Both the position numbers and the translations under genes were made by a program. A stretch of 64,000 nt of DNA from contig CBDCWG010000012.1 in assembly GCA_965223345.1 (NCBI GenBank), positions 2,432,001 through 2,496,000 of the forward strand. Reading direction: 5' to 3'. The notes beneath the pieces were generated by a model that was given only the letters and a program-made list of their open reading frames with translations, had not been told where the DNA came from and searched no databases. Below, piece after piece: positions 31,152 to 40,838 of this stretch; position 1 is the first letter of the stretch, and every line of letters begins with the position of its first letter. This DNA comes from Nitrospinales bacterium. Lineage in GTDB: Bacteria > Nitrospinota > Nitrospinia > Nitrospinales > VA-1.

Positions 31152-31361
31152 ACGGGACAGGATGAACAGGATAAAGACAGCGGAACTGTTCTGAGGCAAG
31201 GCAAAAGCCCAAACCGGATTCACCGCAAAGACGCAAAGAACGCAAAGGAAACCGGAAAGGAAAGGGTTGATGATCCCTCGTGCAATCTCCAATGTATTAT
31301 GAACTGGTATCGAGCTATGCTCGACGGAGCTGCCTTTTTATCTAATCCTGTCCATCCCGTC
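31152..31361. repeat. Intergenic repeat element: motif A (acaggatgaacaggat), motif B (accgcaaagacgcaaagaacgcaaag) and inverted motif A
   Basis: Same motifs as at 58234-58333 and 59806-59893; inverted partner aatcctgtccatcccgtc at about 31344-31361. Confidence 0.75.
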
Positions 31362-31412
31362 AGCTATTTTTTCAACGCTTCCCCTTTTCCTCTGTAATAC
31401 GCGGAGTCTTTT

Positions 31413-32315
31413 TTGTCGCCCTTCAATATCGGCCTGATCCTGCTTTCCAGCTTCAGCCACGCCTTCTGGAACGTGCTGACGCAGACCAGCAAAAACTCAC
31501 GTTATTTCTCCGGCCTCAAGGGGCTGTGGATCCTGGCGATGGCGCTGCCCGCGCTGGTGTGGCTCGATTTTCCGTGGGGGCCGCCGGAACTGCTGTTTTG
31601 GGCGGGGGTCTCGGGGATACTGCACGGCGTGTACATCCTCAGCCTGTCGCGTGCCTACGATTCCGCCGACATCTCCTACGTGTATCCGATCGCCCGCTCG
31701 GCGCCGGTGTTCGTGCCGGTGTTCGCGTTCCTGCTGCTGGGCGAGCACCTGACACCCACTACGGTGTTGGCGATCGTCATCATCCTGCTTGCGATCTACA
31801 TCCTGCATTTCGAGGGCCACCTGATCCGCGGATTCAAAAACCTGTACGACGCGGTGCGGCATCAGGATCTTCGCTGGGCGTTTGTCACGCTGGCGCTGGT
31901 GGTGGCTTACAGCTTGGTGGACAAGAAGGGGATGGACGTGTTTCTGGCGCACTATCCCGATTCGGCGTTCGTCAACGGCATTCTGTTCTTTTTTCTGGAA
32001 TCGCTGGTGGGGTTTTCGCTGGCGCTTTTGTACCTGTTCATCACGCAGCCGAAGCAGGACCTCTTTTCCGTGTGGCGCGGCGAGTGGGGCCGGGCGCTCA
32101 TGGCGGGTGTGGCGACGCTGGGCTCGTACGGGCTCATCTGCGTGGTGCTGCAGTTCGAGGCGGTGAGTGCGGTGGTGTCGCTGCGGCAGACGAGCGTGCT
32201 GCTGGTGGTCTACTGGGGCTGCTTCAAGCTGGGTGAGCCGTTCGGCAAACAGCGGCTGCTGGCGGGCGGCCTGATGGTGCTGGGAATTGCATTGATCGGG
32301 ATGGATGGGGGATGA
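31413..32315 (+). CDS. EamA/DMT family transporter
   Basis: About 10 TM; HAFWN, SYVYPIARSAP, YSLVDK and LRQTSV...LGEP motifs. Confidence 0.88.
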   Translation: MSPFNIGLILLSSFSHAFWNVLTQTSKNSRYFSGLKGLWILAMALPALVWLDFPWGPPELLFWAGVSGILHGVYILSLSRAYDSADISYVYPIARSAPVFVPVFAFLLLGEHLTPTTVLAIVIILLAIYILHFEGHLIRGFKNLYDAVRHQDLRWAFVTLALVVAYSLVDKKGMDVFLAHYPDSAFVNGILFFFLESLVGFSLALLYLFITQPKQDLFSVWRGEWGRALMAGVATLGSYGLICVVLQFEAVSAVVSLRQTSVLLVVYWGCFKLGEPFGKQRLLAGGLMVLGIALIGMDGG

Positions 32316-32327
32316 TACAGGAAGTAA

Positions 32328-32735
32328 CTATATAGTTTCAGGATGACGCCATCGATGAATTTTAAAAATCATTTCCCCGTCAAATGTCAAATGGAGGCTT
32401 CCGTCATGCTCAAAACGGAATGTCCAGATGTCGTACTTTCTTATGGCTTCAATATCGATCTCTTTAACGGGTTTAAAAATGATTTCTTTGTTCAATATAG
32501 GACGTGAGTAGAAATTTGTGAAGTCTACTTTTTGATCTTTGTATAATTCTTTGGCTGTCATCAATGCTGCTTCTTTGTTTTGGCCGATCGTGAAACCATA
32601 ACCGGAACCTTCGGTTATGGTTTTGTCTATTGGATAGATATAGGCAAGATAAAATATATAAATAGCGATGAGCGAGCAAAGAGCCGCTACAGAGATTGCA
32701 AATGCGATCGCTATTTTTTGTAACACTTTTCTCAT
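32328..32735 (-). CDS. Hypothetical AT-rich protein with N-terminal membrane anchor
   Basis: 135-aa ORF, AT-rich codon usage, co-oriented 23 nt after the upstream gene. Confidence 0.6.
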   Translation of the reverse strand: MRKVLQKIAIAFAISVAALCSLIAIYIFYLAYIYPIDKTITEGSGYGFTIGQNKEAALMTAKELYKDQKVDFTNFYSRPILNKEIIFKPVKEIDIEAIRKYDIWTFRFEHDGSLHLTFDGEMIFKIHRWRHPETI

Positions 32736-32758
32736 TGAGCTTTTCCTGTGAGGAAAAA

Positions 32759-33682
32759 TTATTTTCCATCGATCTCAGTCAATCGACACAAACCGTCTTT
32801 ACCCAACCTGAAGGAGCCGAAGTCGTTGGCGATGAGCAGGGTGCCGTCCGGGGTCTGCTGCAGGAGCTGCGGCGCGCCGTAGAGCGTGGCGAAGGGGTGG
32901 GCGCTCCATTGCTTGCCGTTGTTTTCCAGTTGGAACAGGTAGCCGTAGTTGAAGGTCATGTGAGCCAGACCGGTGACGGCGACATGCCCGGCGGGGGTGT
33001 CGAACAGGCCGAGGACGTTGTCGTTGATCAGGACGGTTGCTTTTTGATCTGCATCGAGGAAGATGAGGTCGCCGCCCCATTCGCCTTTGTCGCTGCCCAG
33101 CAGCCAGCCGTTCTCGACTTTGAGAACGTGCTGCGGGCGGAATTTTTCACCGCGCAGTTCGGGGATGTTCGCGGGCTTCGCATGCGAAACTTTTTTCGGC
33201 CGCGTGCCCTTGAGCTTTCTCAGCTCTTCCTCGAAGCTCTGCAACAGCGCGTCGTTGCCGAGAAAAATCTCCGCCTGTCCGAGTGCGAGCTGCCAGCCGT
33301 TGGCGGTTTTGTTTTTGATCTGCGCGCCGAGAACCTTCTCAGGAGCCGGGCCGTTCAACGCCGCGATTTCTTCCAGCAGGTCCGCGAGCCGTTTCTGATC
33401 CCGTTCCTGCGGTGCGTAGGTGAAGACTCTGGGGATGTCTTTCAGGTTCCCCTTACAGCGCGGCACATCGCGCTTCAGGTTTTCCCGCACCTGCTCCGCC
33501 GTGTACTCCTTTTTGATGAGCTGGCGGAAGTACTTCGGGTTGTTGTGTTCCTGCGGGCAGTCCAGGTTGCGCCTGGCCAGCTCTTCCGAGCAGTAGATCT
33601 CGGACGAGACCTGAGCGTGGGCAGTACCATGAGCCAACACGGATATGACGATGAATGTGCGTGTCCAGTATTTGAGCATCAT
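32759..33682 (-). CDS. Hypothetical secreted protein
   Basis: Signal peptide MMLKYW...AHA; C-terminal VENGWLLGSDKGEWGG...VTGLAHM beta-rich region; start chosen at the MM. Confidence 0.65.
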   Translation of the reverse strand: MMLKYWTRTFIVISVLAHGTAHAQVSSEIYCSEELARRNLDCPQEHNNPKYFRQLIKKEYTAEQVRENLKRDVPRCKGNLKDIPRVFTYAPQERDQKRLADLLEEIAALNGPAPEKVLGAQIKNKTANGWQLALGQAEIFLGNDALLQSFEEELRKLKGTRPKKVSHAKPANIPELRGEKFRPQHVLKVENGWLLGSDKGEWGGDLIFLDADQKATVLINDNVLGLFDTPAGHVAVTGLAHMTFNYGYLFQLENNGKQWSAHPFATLYGAPQLLQQTPDGTLLIANDFGSFRLGKDGLCRLTEIDGK

Positions 33683-33914
33683 GGTTCGAGTCGGATAGAC
33701 ATGAATGCCAGTATAGCGCAAGGGAGAGGCTATATTAGTCAATATGTTGAGCAACCTCCGTGCCAAAGAGGGGGTGTTGTAAAAGCGCGGGTTATTTAGT
33801 GATGAGCAGGGCGGGGTGGTTAAAAAAGTGCGTTTTTCGGCGGGTTTTACGGATCCTTTGTGAGAAATCATCAATACTGAAATGAATCCCCGGTAATCCG
33901 GTAAAATGTCTCTT

Positions 33915-34109
33915 ATGAAAGCAATACCTTTTGCGATGCTAGCCATTCTGCTCCTTTCCGGCTGCGCGTCTTCCTATCCCGAGGGGCGGGAACGGTGTGA
34001 ATCGGCGGGGTATCCGCCCGGATCGCGTCATTACGCGGAGTGTGTAGAAAACTCCAAACGGTTCATAAATCTTCCCGAAACCAACGACGACCCGCACAGC
34101 CCCAAGTGA
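33915..34109 (+). CDS. Small lipoprotein
   Basis: Lipobox LLSGC and C..AGYPPGS..YAEC motif. Confidence 0.6.
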   Translation: MKAIPFAMLAILLLSGCASSYPEGRERCESAGYPPGSRHYAECVENSKRFINLPETNDDPHSPK

Positions 34110-34398
34110 GGCCTTCCCGCCTCGATCACTTCATGTGAATCGGGTTGCGGCCATTTTAATGTTTGCGGCTGCGTTTCACTCTGCGTTGACGGCTTTGTAA
34201 CCATTTGCGTAATAAGGCGCTGCGTGGCTGACGCCGGACCGCGGCTTTGCGGCGCGCGCCGCGCGATTTTAATTTTTCCTCTCCGCGCAACCCGTTATAC
34301 TGAATGGGATACCCCGCGTTTGCCAAAGCGTCGGTTTTCTGGAATTCGTTCTCTTATTCCACCCCGGACGGGGTGATTCGATTGGATGGAGGTGACCT

Positions 34399-37236
34399 GT
34401 GTTGCAGTTACGATCTTCACGGCGGTTGATGGGCTGGGTGGTTCTGGCAGTGGTTTTCGTCTTTTCCCGTGCGGAGGCGGTGGGCGACCGGGAAACCAAA
34501 ACCCTCAAACTCGACAACGGTCTGGACGTTCTCCTGATTCACGATCCGGAGGCGCACCGCAGCGCCGCGGCGCTTTCGGTTGGAACCGGGCATCTGTACG
34601 ACCCGGAAGACAAGATGGGGCTCGCGCATTATCTGGAGCACATGCTGTTTCTGGGAACCGAGAAGTATCCCGAGACGGGCAGCTACAAGAAATACCTCAC
34701 CGAGAATTCGGGCGCCAGCAACGCGTATACGGGCGGGGCGATCACCAACTATTTTTTCCAGGTGTCGCACGAAGCCTATGAAGGCGCGCTCGATAGGTTC
34801 AGCGATTTTTTCAAGGCGCCCCTGTTTGACAAGACCTATTCCGAGCGGGAGGTGAACGCCGTCAACAGCGAGCACGACAAGAACAAGCTGCGCGACGGTT
34901 GGCGCGCCAACTTCGTGGTTTCGCAGATCTCCGAGGAAGGACATCCCATCCGCAAATTCGGCACCGGCAACAAGCACACGCTTGCCGGCGACAACCGGCC
35001 GGCGCTGCTGGCGTTTTTCAAGAAATACTACGCCGCCTCCAATATGAAGCTCGCGATGATCTCCTCGCAGCCGCTGGAGTTGCAGGCGCAGCTGGCGAAA
35101 AAGTATTTCGCTGCGATTCCCGACCGCGAGGTGAGCAAACCGAAAATCCCGCCGACGTTCCGCAAGCCGCTGGACGGCAAGTACCGCCTGCTCAAGATCA
35201 AGATGATCAAGGACACGCGTTCGATGGAGCTGGAGTTCCCGACGATCCGCCTGGTCGATCACAAGGAAAGCAAGCCGGCCTCCATCGTCGCTTCGGTGAT
35301 CGGCTACGAGGGCAAGGGGTCCCTGCTGTCCAAGCTGAAGGAGGAGGGGCTGGTCCTGGGATTGAGCGCAGGCGGCGGTTCCAGCCATCCGGATATCAAC
35401 TCGTTCAGCATCAACGTTTCGCTGACGAAAAAAGGCGTCGTGGAGTACGAGCGCATTCTGGAGCTGGTGTTTTCCTACATCGAGATGTTGAAGAAAGAAG
35501 GATTCAAGGAATACACCTTCAAGGAAAGCCAGACGATGGCGCAGATCGACTTCGACTGGAAAGATCCCGACGAGGGCATGGGCTTCGTCGCCGGACGGGC
35601 GGCGCTGATGCAGGATTACAAGATCGAGGATGTGGAGACGCTGCCGTTCCTGTTCAAGAAATACGACCCCGCCGCGTACAAGGCCGTGCTCGACACGCTG
35701 ACGCCGGAAAATATGACGGTGGTGATCAAGACCAACGCGGTGGAGACGGACAAAAAAGCCAAATATTATGACGCGGAATACTCCATTGCCAAGGTCGGGG
35801 GCGCGGCGTTTCAGAAACTCAAATCCCCGGTGCAGGTGGCGGCCATGCACTACCCGGACGAGAACCCGTTCATTCCGCACAACCTGAAGCTGGTGAAGGA
35901 AGAGCCGCACCTGGTGTGGGACGACGATCTGGCGAAGGTCTGGTTTCAGTACGACAGCCGTTTTCAGCAGCCCAAGCTCTACATGCAGTTTCAGATCGAA
36001 ACGCCGCGGGTCTACGACACGCCGAGAAACTCCCGGCTCTCCTCGCTCTACCTGGCCGCCATCAAGGAGGGGTTGAACGAGATGGTGTATCCCATCCAGA
36101 TCGCCGGCCTGTCCTACGGATTGAGCGCGCGCAAAAAAGGCATCGTGCTGACGATCGGCGGCTATTCCGAACGGGTGGGGGATCTGCTGAAACTGGTCAT
36201 CGAGAATCTCAAGACGGTGAAAATCAGTCCGCAGAAGTTCAAGGATCTGAAAGAAGCGATGATCCGCGGACTGAAAAACAGCAAGCTGGCGCAGGCGTAT
36301 TCGCGCGGCGGTTACTACCACCGGCTGATCTGGCTGGAAAAGCAGTACACCGAGGAAGAGGCGCTGGAAGCGCTGATGCCCTTAACGCTGGACGATGTGA
36401 AGGCGTATGCGAAGACGTTGTACGAGCGGGTCTACATCACCGGCATGGCGCACGGCAACGCGACCGATGAAAAGATCGAGGAAAGCATCCGCATCCTGCT
36501 GGACGGAATCCAGAGCAAGCCGCTGCCGGAAAGCGAACGGTTCGAGCAGGTGGTCGAGGTCCTGGAGCCCGGCGAGCGGATCCTGTTTTCCCGGCAGGTG
36601 AAGGACAACAACAACTCCATCGCCTACGGGGTGCAGATCGGCGAGAAAGGTCTGGAGCGGCAGGCGAAGGCGCAGATGATCGCCTCGATTCTGGAAAGCG
36701 ATTTTTACACGCAGATGCGCACCAACCAGCAGCTCGGCTACATCGTCTGGAGTTTCCAGCAGACGCTGGAAGACAGGATGTTTCTGCGCTTCGTCATTCA
36801 GTCCGCCAACCACAGCCCGTTCGAGCTGAACCGCAGGGTCGAAGCCTGGCTCGCCAAGGCGGGGGACCTGCTGGACAAGGTTTCGGATGCGGAATTCGAA
36901 AAGCACCGGGCGAGCATCATCGTCTCCCTGGAGAAAAAGGGCGAGAGCATCGCCGAGGTGATGGGGGATCTGTATTACCTCGCCACCGAGGAGGAAGGGG
37001 ATTTCCTCTATAAACAAAAACTGATCGCGACCGTTAAGAATCTCAAGAAGGAAGAGGTTCTGGCCGCCGGCCGCAAATGGCTGACGGAGAAGCGAACGCC
37101 CCGGCTGGTTGTGCTGATGCGTTCCAACAGCAACGACGAGAAAGTTCCCGAAGGAGTGCTTACGGAAGTGAGTCAGTTCAAAAACCGCAAAACCACCCAC
37201 GCCGGCCGCTCCCGCAACGGGGACCCGGGTTCGTGA
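34399..37236 (+). CDS. M16A insulinase/pitrilysin-family zinc peptidase, secreted
   Basis: Inverted zincin HYLEH; NAYT, KFGTGN and MRTNQQLGYIV motifs; N-terminal signal sequence. Confidence 0.92.
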   Translation: MLQLRSSRRLMGWVVLAVVFVFSRAEAVGDRETKTLKLDNGLDVLLIHDPEAHRSAAALSVGTGHLYDPEDKMGLAHYLEHMLFLGTEKYPETGSYKKYLTENSGASNAYTGGAITNYFFQVSHEAYEGALDRFSDFFKAPLFDKTYSEREVNAVNSEHDKNKLRDGWRANFVVSQISEEGHPIRKFGTGNKHTLAGDNRPALLAFFKKYYAASNMKLAMISSQPLELQAQLAKKYFAAIPDREVSKPKIPPTFRKPLDGKYRLLKIKMIKDTRSMELEFPTIRLVDHKESKPASIVASVIGYEGKGSLLSKLKEEGLVLGLSAGGGSSHPDINSFSINVSLTKKGVVEYERILELVFSYIEMLKKEGFKEYTFKESQTMAQIDFDWKDPDEGMGFVAGRAALMQDYKIEDVETLPFLFKKYDPAAYKAVLDTLTPENMTVVIKTNAVETDKKAKYYDAEYSIAKVGGAAFQKLKSPVQVAAMHYPDENPFIPHNLKLVKEEPHLVWDDDLAKVWFQYDSRFQQPKLYMQFQIETPRVYDTPRNSRLSSLYLAAIKEGLNEMVYPIQIAGLSYGLSARKKGIVLTIGGYSERVGDLLKLVIENLKTVKISPQKFKDLKEAMIRGLKNSKLAQAYSRGGYYHRLIWLEKQYTEEEALEALMPLTLDDVKAYAKTLYERVYITGMAHGNATDEKIEESIRILLDGIQSKPLPESERFEQVVEVLEPGERILFSRQVKDNNNSIAYGVQIGEKGLERQAKAQMIASILESDFYTQMRTNQQLGYIVWSFQQTLEDRMFLRFVIQSANHSPFELNRRVEAWLAKAGDLLDKVSDAEFEKHRASIIVSLEKKGESIAEVMGDLYYLATEEEGDFLYKQKLIATVKNLKKEEVLAAGRKWLTEKRTPRLVVLMRSNSNDEKVPEGVLTEVSQFKNRKTTHAGRSRNGDPGS

Positions 37237-38771
37237 AATTCGTGTCCCTGCTCAAGCGGGGGATGAACCTGGTCAAGGTGGGACGCGCGGTGCGCACGCT
37301 CAAAACCGCGGACGACGCGGACAAGCGCACCTGGGCGAAGCAGTATCTCGTCGAAATCCTCGGCAAATCCCGCGGGCTGCCCGCGAAAGTCGGGCAGTTC
37401 ATGACGCTGGGCGAGGACGACGCGGAGCTGCGGGAAACCCTCAACGGCGCGATCCCTCCCATGCCCGTCGATCAGGCGGTATCCATCCTGGAAACCGCGC
37501 TGCAGGCGCCGCTCGATACGCATTTCCAATCCCTCAACGACACGCCCAAAGCGGCGTCCCTGGGGCAGGTGCATTTCGGCAAGCTCAAGGACGGCACGCC
37601 GGTGGCGGTGAAGGTCCAGTATCCGGACATCCGCCAGGCGGTGGAGTCGGAAATGGACCTGCTCGGCTGGATGCCGAAAGTGGGGCCGGTGGCCAAGTGG
37701 GGCTTCTCCATGGAGGGCTACCGCGACGCGTTCTGGGACAATTTCCGCAAGGAACTCGATTACGGCCGCGAGATCCGGCACCAGCAGCAGTACCGCAGAA
37801 TGATTCCGCCGCTGACGGACGTCGTGGTGCCGGAGGTGTTCGAGGCGCTGTGCCGCCCCAACGTGCTGGTGCAGCGGCTGGAAGAGGGGTTCGATCTCGA
37901 CAAGGCCGCCAGCCTGCACCCGCCGCAGAAGCAGACGCTGGGCCGGGTGCTGCTTTCGCATTACCTGCACATGCTGTTCAACCACGGCTTCGTGCACGCC
38001 GACCCGCAGCCGGGCAACTTCGCGTTCCGCCAGACCGGGCGCGACCGCTACGCGCTGATCCTGTACGATTTCGGCTGTGTCCTGGAGATCAACGACACGG
38101 TGCGGCTGGCGCTGCTGCGCACCATCCTAGCGCTGCAATCGCACGAGAACGCCGACCCGGTGGACTGCCTGGCGCTGGCCGGGTTCGACGCGGAAAAGCT
38201 GGAAGACCTGCGGCCGACGCTGCCGGCTCTGTTGCAGGTTTTGTTCGAGCCGTTTCTGTGCGAGGGGCCTTACGACATCAAGGACTGGCGGTTGAGCGAG
38301 CGCTTCGACGCCATCGTGGGCGATCTCAAATGGTGGTTCCGCTCGGCGGCGCCGCCGGAGTTGATCTTCCTCATGCGCACCCTGCACGGGCTCGCCGTCA
38401 TGCTGGAACGGCTCGACGCCAAACTGCCCTGGAAATTCCTGCTGGAAAAGCACTGCGCCGAACAGTTCCCCGCCGCACGGGCCCTCAAGCTGCCGCCGTC
38501 GTCCGCGGCCGCCGTCGGGTTCAACGGCATCGCCCGCTACCTGCAGGTGTACGTGGTCAAGCCGAACGGCAACAAGGTCAAACTCACCATGCCCGCCCGC
38601 GTCGCCGACGACCTGAAAGGCGTCATCGATCCCCCCGTCATGGAATCCATCGAGCGGCAGAACATCGACCTGGACGCCATCCAGAAACGCGCCCGCCAGA
38701 CCGGATTCGTCCCGCAACTGCTGTTCGATCTCAAAGACCCCGAGCGCGAAGTCAAGGTCTGGCTGGAGTGA
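37233..38771 (+). CDS. ABC1/AarF/UbiB-family atypical kinase
   Basis: KVGQF, AASLGQVH, VAVKVQYP, HADPQPGN and YDFG motifs; GTG overlaps the peptidase stop (alternative ATG at 37263). Confidence 0.9.
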   Translation: MKFVSLLKRGMNLVKVGRAVRTLKTADDADKRTWAKQYLVEILGKSRGLPAKVGQFMTLGEDDAELRETLNGAIPPMPVDQAVSILETALQAPLDTHFQSLNDTPKAASLGQVHFGKLKDGTPVAVKVQYPDIRQAVESEMDLLGWMPKVGPVAKWGFSMEGYRDAFWDNFRKELDYGREIRHQQQYRRMIPPLTDVVVPEVFEALCRPNVLVQRLEEGFDLDKAASLHPPQKQTLGRVLLSHYLHMLFNHGFVHADPQPGNFAFRQTGRDRYALILYDFGCVLEINDTVRLALLRTILALQSHENADPVDCLALAGFDAEKLEDLRPTLPALLQVLFEPFLCEGPYDIKDWRLSERFDAIVGDLKWWFRSAAPPELIFLMRTLHGLAVMLERLDAKLPWKFLLEKHCAEQFPAARALKLPPSSAAAVGFNGIARYLQVYVVKPNGNKVKLTMPARVADDLKGVIDPPVMESIERQNIDLDAIQKRARQTGFVPQLLFDLKDPEREVKVWLE

Positions 38772-38899
38772 AACTCCCTCTCCATAATTGAAAAATCCTT
38801 GAAAAATTCCCCCGATATCCGTAAAAAGGGGAAACGTTCGTTCTGAAAACATCCGGTTCCGTGAACCGGCTGACCGATTTGTCGAAGAGGAGAGGTGTC

Positions 38900-39532
38900 A
38901 TGCCCGACCAGTGGATGATCCGCGCGCGCGAATTCAGCAATTGCAATTGTTCGTTCGGCTGCCCATGCCAGTTTCTCGCACCGTCCACGTACGGTTTCTG
39001 CGAAGCCGTGGTCAGCATCATGATCGACGAGGGTTATTTCAACGACACGCGCCTGGACGGGGTCAATTTTGTCATGCTGTGTCATTGGCCCGGCGAGATC
39101 AAGGAAGGCAACGGCAAGCAGCAGGTGATCATCGATGAATCCGCCAGCCCGGAGCAGCGCGAAGCGGTGCGAAAAATTTCATACGGCGAATCCACCGCAC
39201 CGGGTTCGACGCATTTCTTCGTTTTCAACAGCCTGACCTCCGAAGTGATGGACACACTGTACGCGCCGATCGAAATGGACATCGACATAAAAGCCCGGCG
39301 CGGCAGAACGCACATCGAAGGCATGGTCGATTCCAAAGGTTCTCCCCTGGTCAACCCGTTCAACGGCAAGGAAACCCGCCGCGTCATTCACAACCCCGAC
39401 GGTTTCGAGTTCACCGACGCGGAAATCGGGGCGGGGCATTCCAAGGCTTCAGCCGGTATTCAACTGGATCTCGACAACACTTATGGCCATTTCTGCATCC
39501 TGCACATGAACCAGGACGGTGTGATCCGCTGA
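38900..39532 (+). CDS. DUF1326 family protein (Cys-rich, putative metal-binding)
   Basis: NCNCSFGCPCQF...GFC, WPGEIKEGNG and IDESASPEQREA motifs. Confidence 0.85.
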   Translation: MPDQWMIRAREFSNCNCSFGCPCQFLAPSTYGFCEAVVSIMIDEGYFNDTRLDGVNFVMLCHWPGEIKEGNGKQQVIIDESASPEQREAVRKISYGESTAPGSTHFFVFNSLTSEVMDTLYAPIEMDIDIKARRGRTHIEGMVDSKGSPLVNPFNGKETRRVIHNPDGFEFTDAEIGAGHSKASAGIQLDLDNTYGHFCILHMNQDGVIR

Positions 39533-39557
39533 CAACCGCAGCGGTCCTTTCTTTCCC

Positions 39558-40316
39558 ATGCAGCCTTCCCGCACGTTACCGCGCCACGACCTGTTTGCCA
39601 TCCTGTTTTCCCTCGGCGGTGTGACCGTTCTTGCCTGGCTGTATCTCGCGTCGATGGCGAAAGACATGACCGGCATGCCGTCGATGCCGATGCCGTCCTG
39701 GGATCCCGCTTACTTTTTCATGATGTTTCTGATGTGGGCCGTCATGATGGTTGGCATGATGGTGCCTTCGTTTGCGCCTGCGGTTTTGATCTACGCCGCC
39801 ATCGCCCGCAAAGCGCAGGCTCAGCAAAACCCGGTGGCCCCAACGGGCGTATTCGTGGCCGGGTATCTGGTGATGTGGGTGCTGTTCAGCCTGTTCGCCA
39901 CGTTGGCGCAATGGGGGCTGGACCGGGCGGGATGGCTGTCCCCCATGATGGTGGCAAACAGCACGGCTTTAGGTGGAGGACTGCTGATCGCGGCCGGGAT
40001 CTACCAGTGGCTGCCTCTCAAGGAAGCCTGCCTCAAGCACTGCCGTTCCCCCGTGCATTTCATCTCCGAGCACTGGCGCGCGGGAACCGCCGGGGCGCTG
40101 CGCCTGGGCCTGCATCACGGCACCTACTGCCTGGGCTGCTGCTGGGTGCTGATGGGATTGTTGTTCGTCGGTGGGGTGATGAACCTGTTGTGGATTGCCG
40201 GGATCACGGTGTTCGTCCTGCTGGAAAAGCTGCTGCCTCAGGGGCCTGCAGGGGGCCGCGCCGCGGGCCTCGCGATGATCGCCGCGGGCGTGGCGTTCGC
40301 GGTCTGGGGGGAGTGA
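39558..40316 (+). CDS. DUF2182 predicted metal-binding integral membrane protein
   Basis: MWAVMMVGMMVPS, YQWLPLKEACLKHCRSP, YCLGCCW...GGVMNLLW and EKL motifs. Confidence 0.88.
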   Translation: MQPSRTLPRHDLFAILFSLGGVTVLAWLYLASMAKDMTGMPSMPMPSWDPAYFFMMFLMWAVMMVGMMVPSFAPAVLIYAAIARKAQAQQNPVAPTGVFVAGYLVMWVLFSLFATLAQWGLDRAGWLSPMMVANSTALGGGLLIAAGIYQWLPLKEACLKHCRSPVHFISEHWRAGTAGALRLGLHHGTYCLGCCWVLMGLLFVGGVMNLLWIAGITVFVLLEKLLPQGPAGGRAAGLAMIAAGVAFAVWGE

Positions 40317-40356
40317 CTCGCGTATTTACAGATGTTCCTAAAAAAGGATAAAAAAA

Positions 40357-40389
40357 GAAAAGGGGGGAGACACTCTCTCCTCCCTTTTC
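40357..40389. terminator. Probable intrinsic terminator hairpin
   Basis: aaaaggggggaga-cactc-tctcctccctttt. Confidence 0.5.
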
Positions 40390-40838
40390 CAGCCGTGCAC
40401 AAACTCCCGATGATTCTGGTCGAATCAAAACTCAAGCCGGAGAGCGCGCACCGCCGAAAAAGCGAACCAACAACCAGGACGGTGTGCGCTCGATTCGCCA
40501 CATCATCCGCCACGGCACTGCATAAACCTCCCCATTGGGCTTCGCGTGCAGAATTCAACGCGAAGCACATAGGTCAAGCGATCCTCTTTTGGGTTAATCT
40601 TCACTTCACCTCGCAACCCAACCTCATAAACCTCCAGCTTCAACAAAACGACAACGGTTGCGACTCAAGAGGAAGAACTCATTCCAGCCTGAGATTTCAT
40701 CCAAACCGCAACATCAAAAAACCTCAGGGAGGACCGCTGGAATTCATCCTTCCTCCATTTAAAATATAGTCCCTGAGAGAAAAAAAATCACCTGTTTCGG
40801 AATGGGGAGAAAGTTTTAAAGAATGTTCATGCAGGAGA

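Noticed and set aside
32314..32323. gatacaggaa shared with 45701, as a possible repeat-arm remnant next to an AT-rich gene
   Set aside because: It is only 10 nt with no accompanying motif B or inverted partner.
40400..40815. ORFs 40332-40769 and 40238-40570, or an ncRNA around the gagcgcgcaccg...cggtgtgcgctc hairpin
   Set aside because: There are no protein motifs or recognisable RNA family features, and one hairpin is insufficient.
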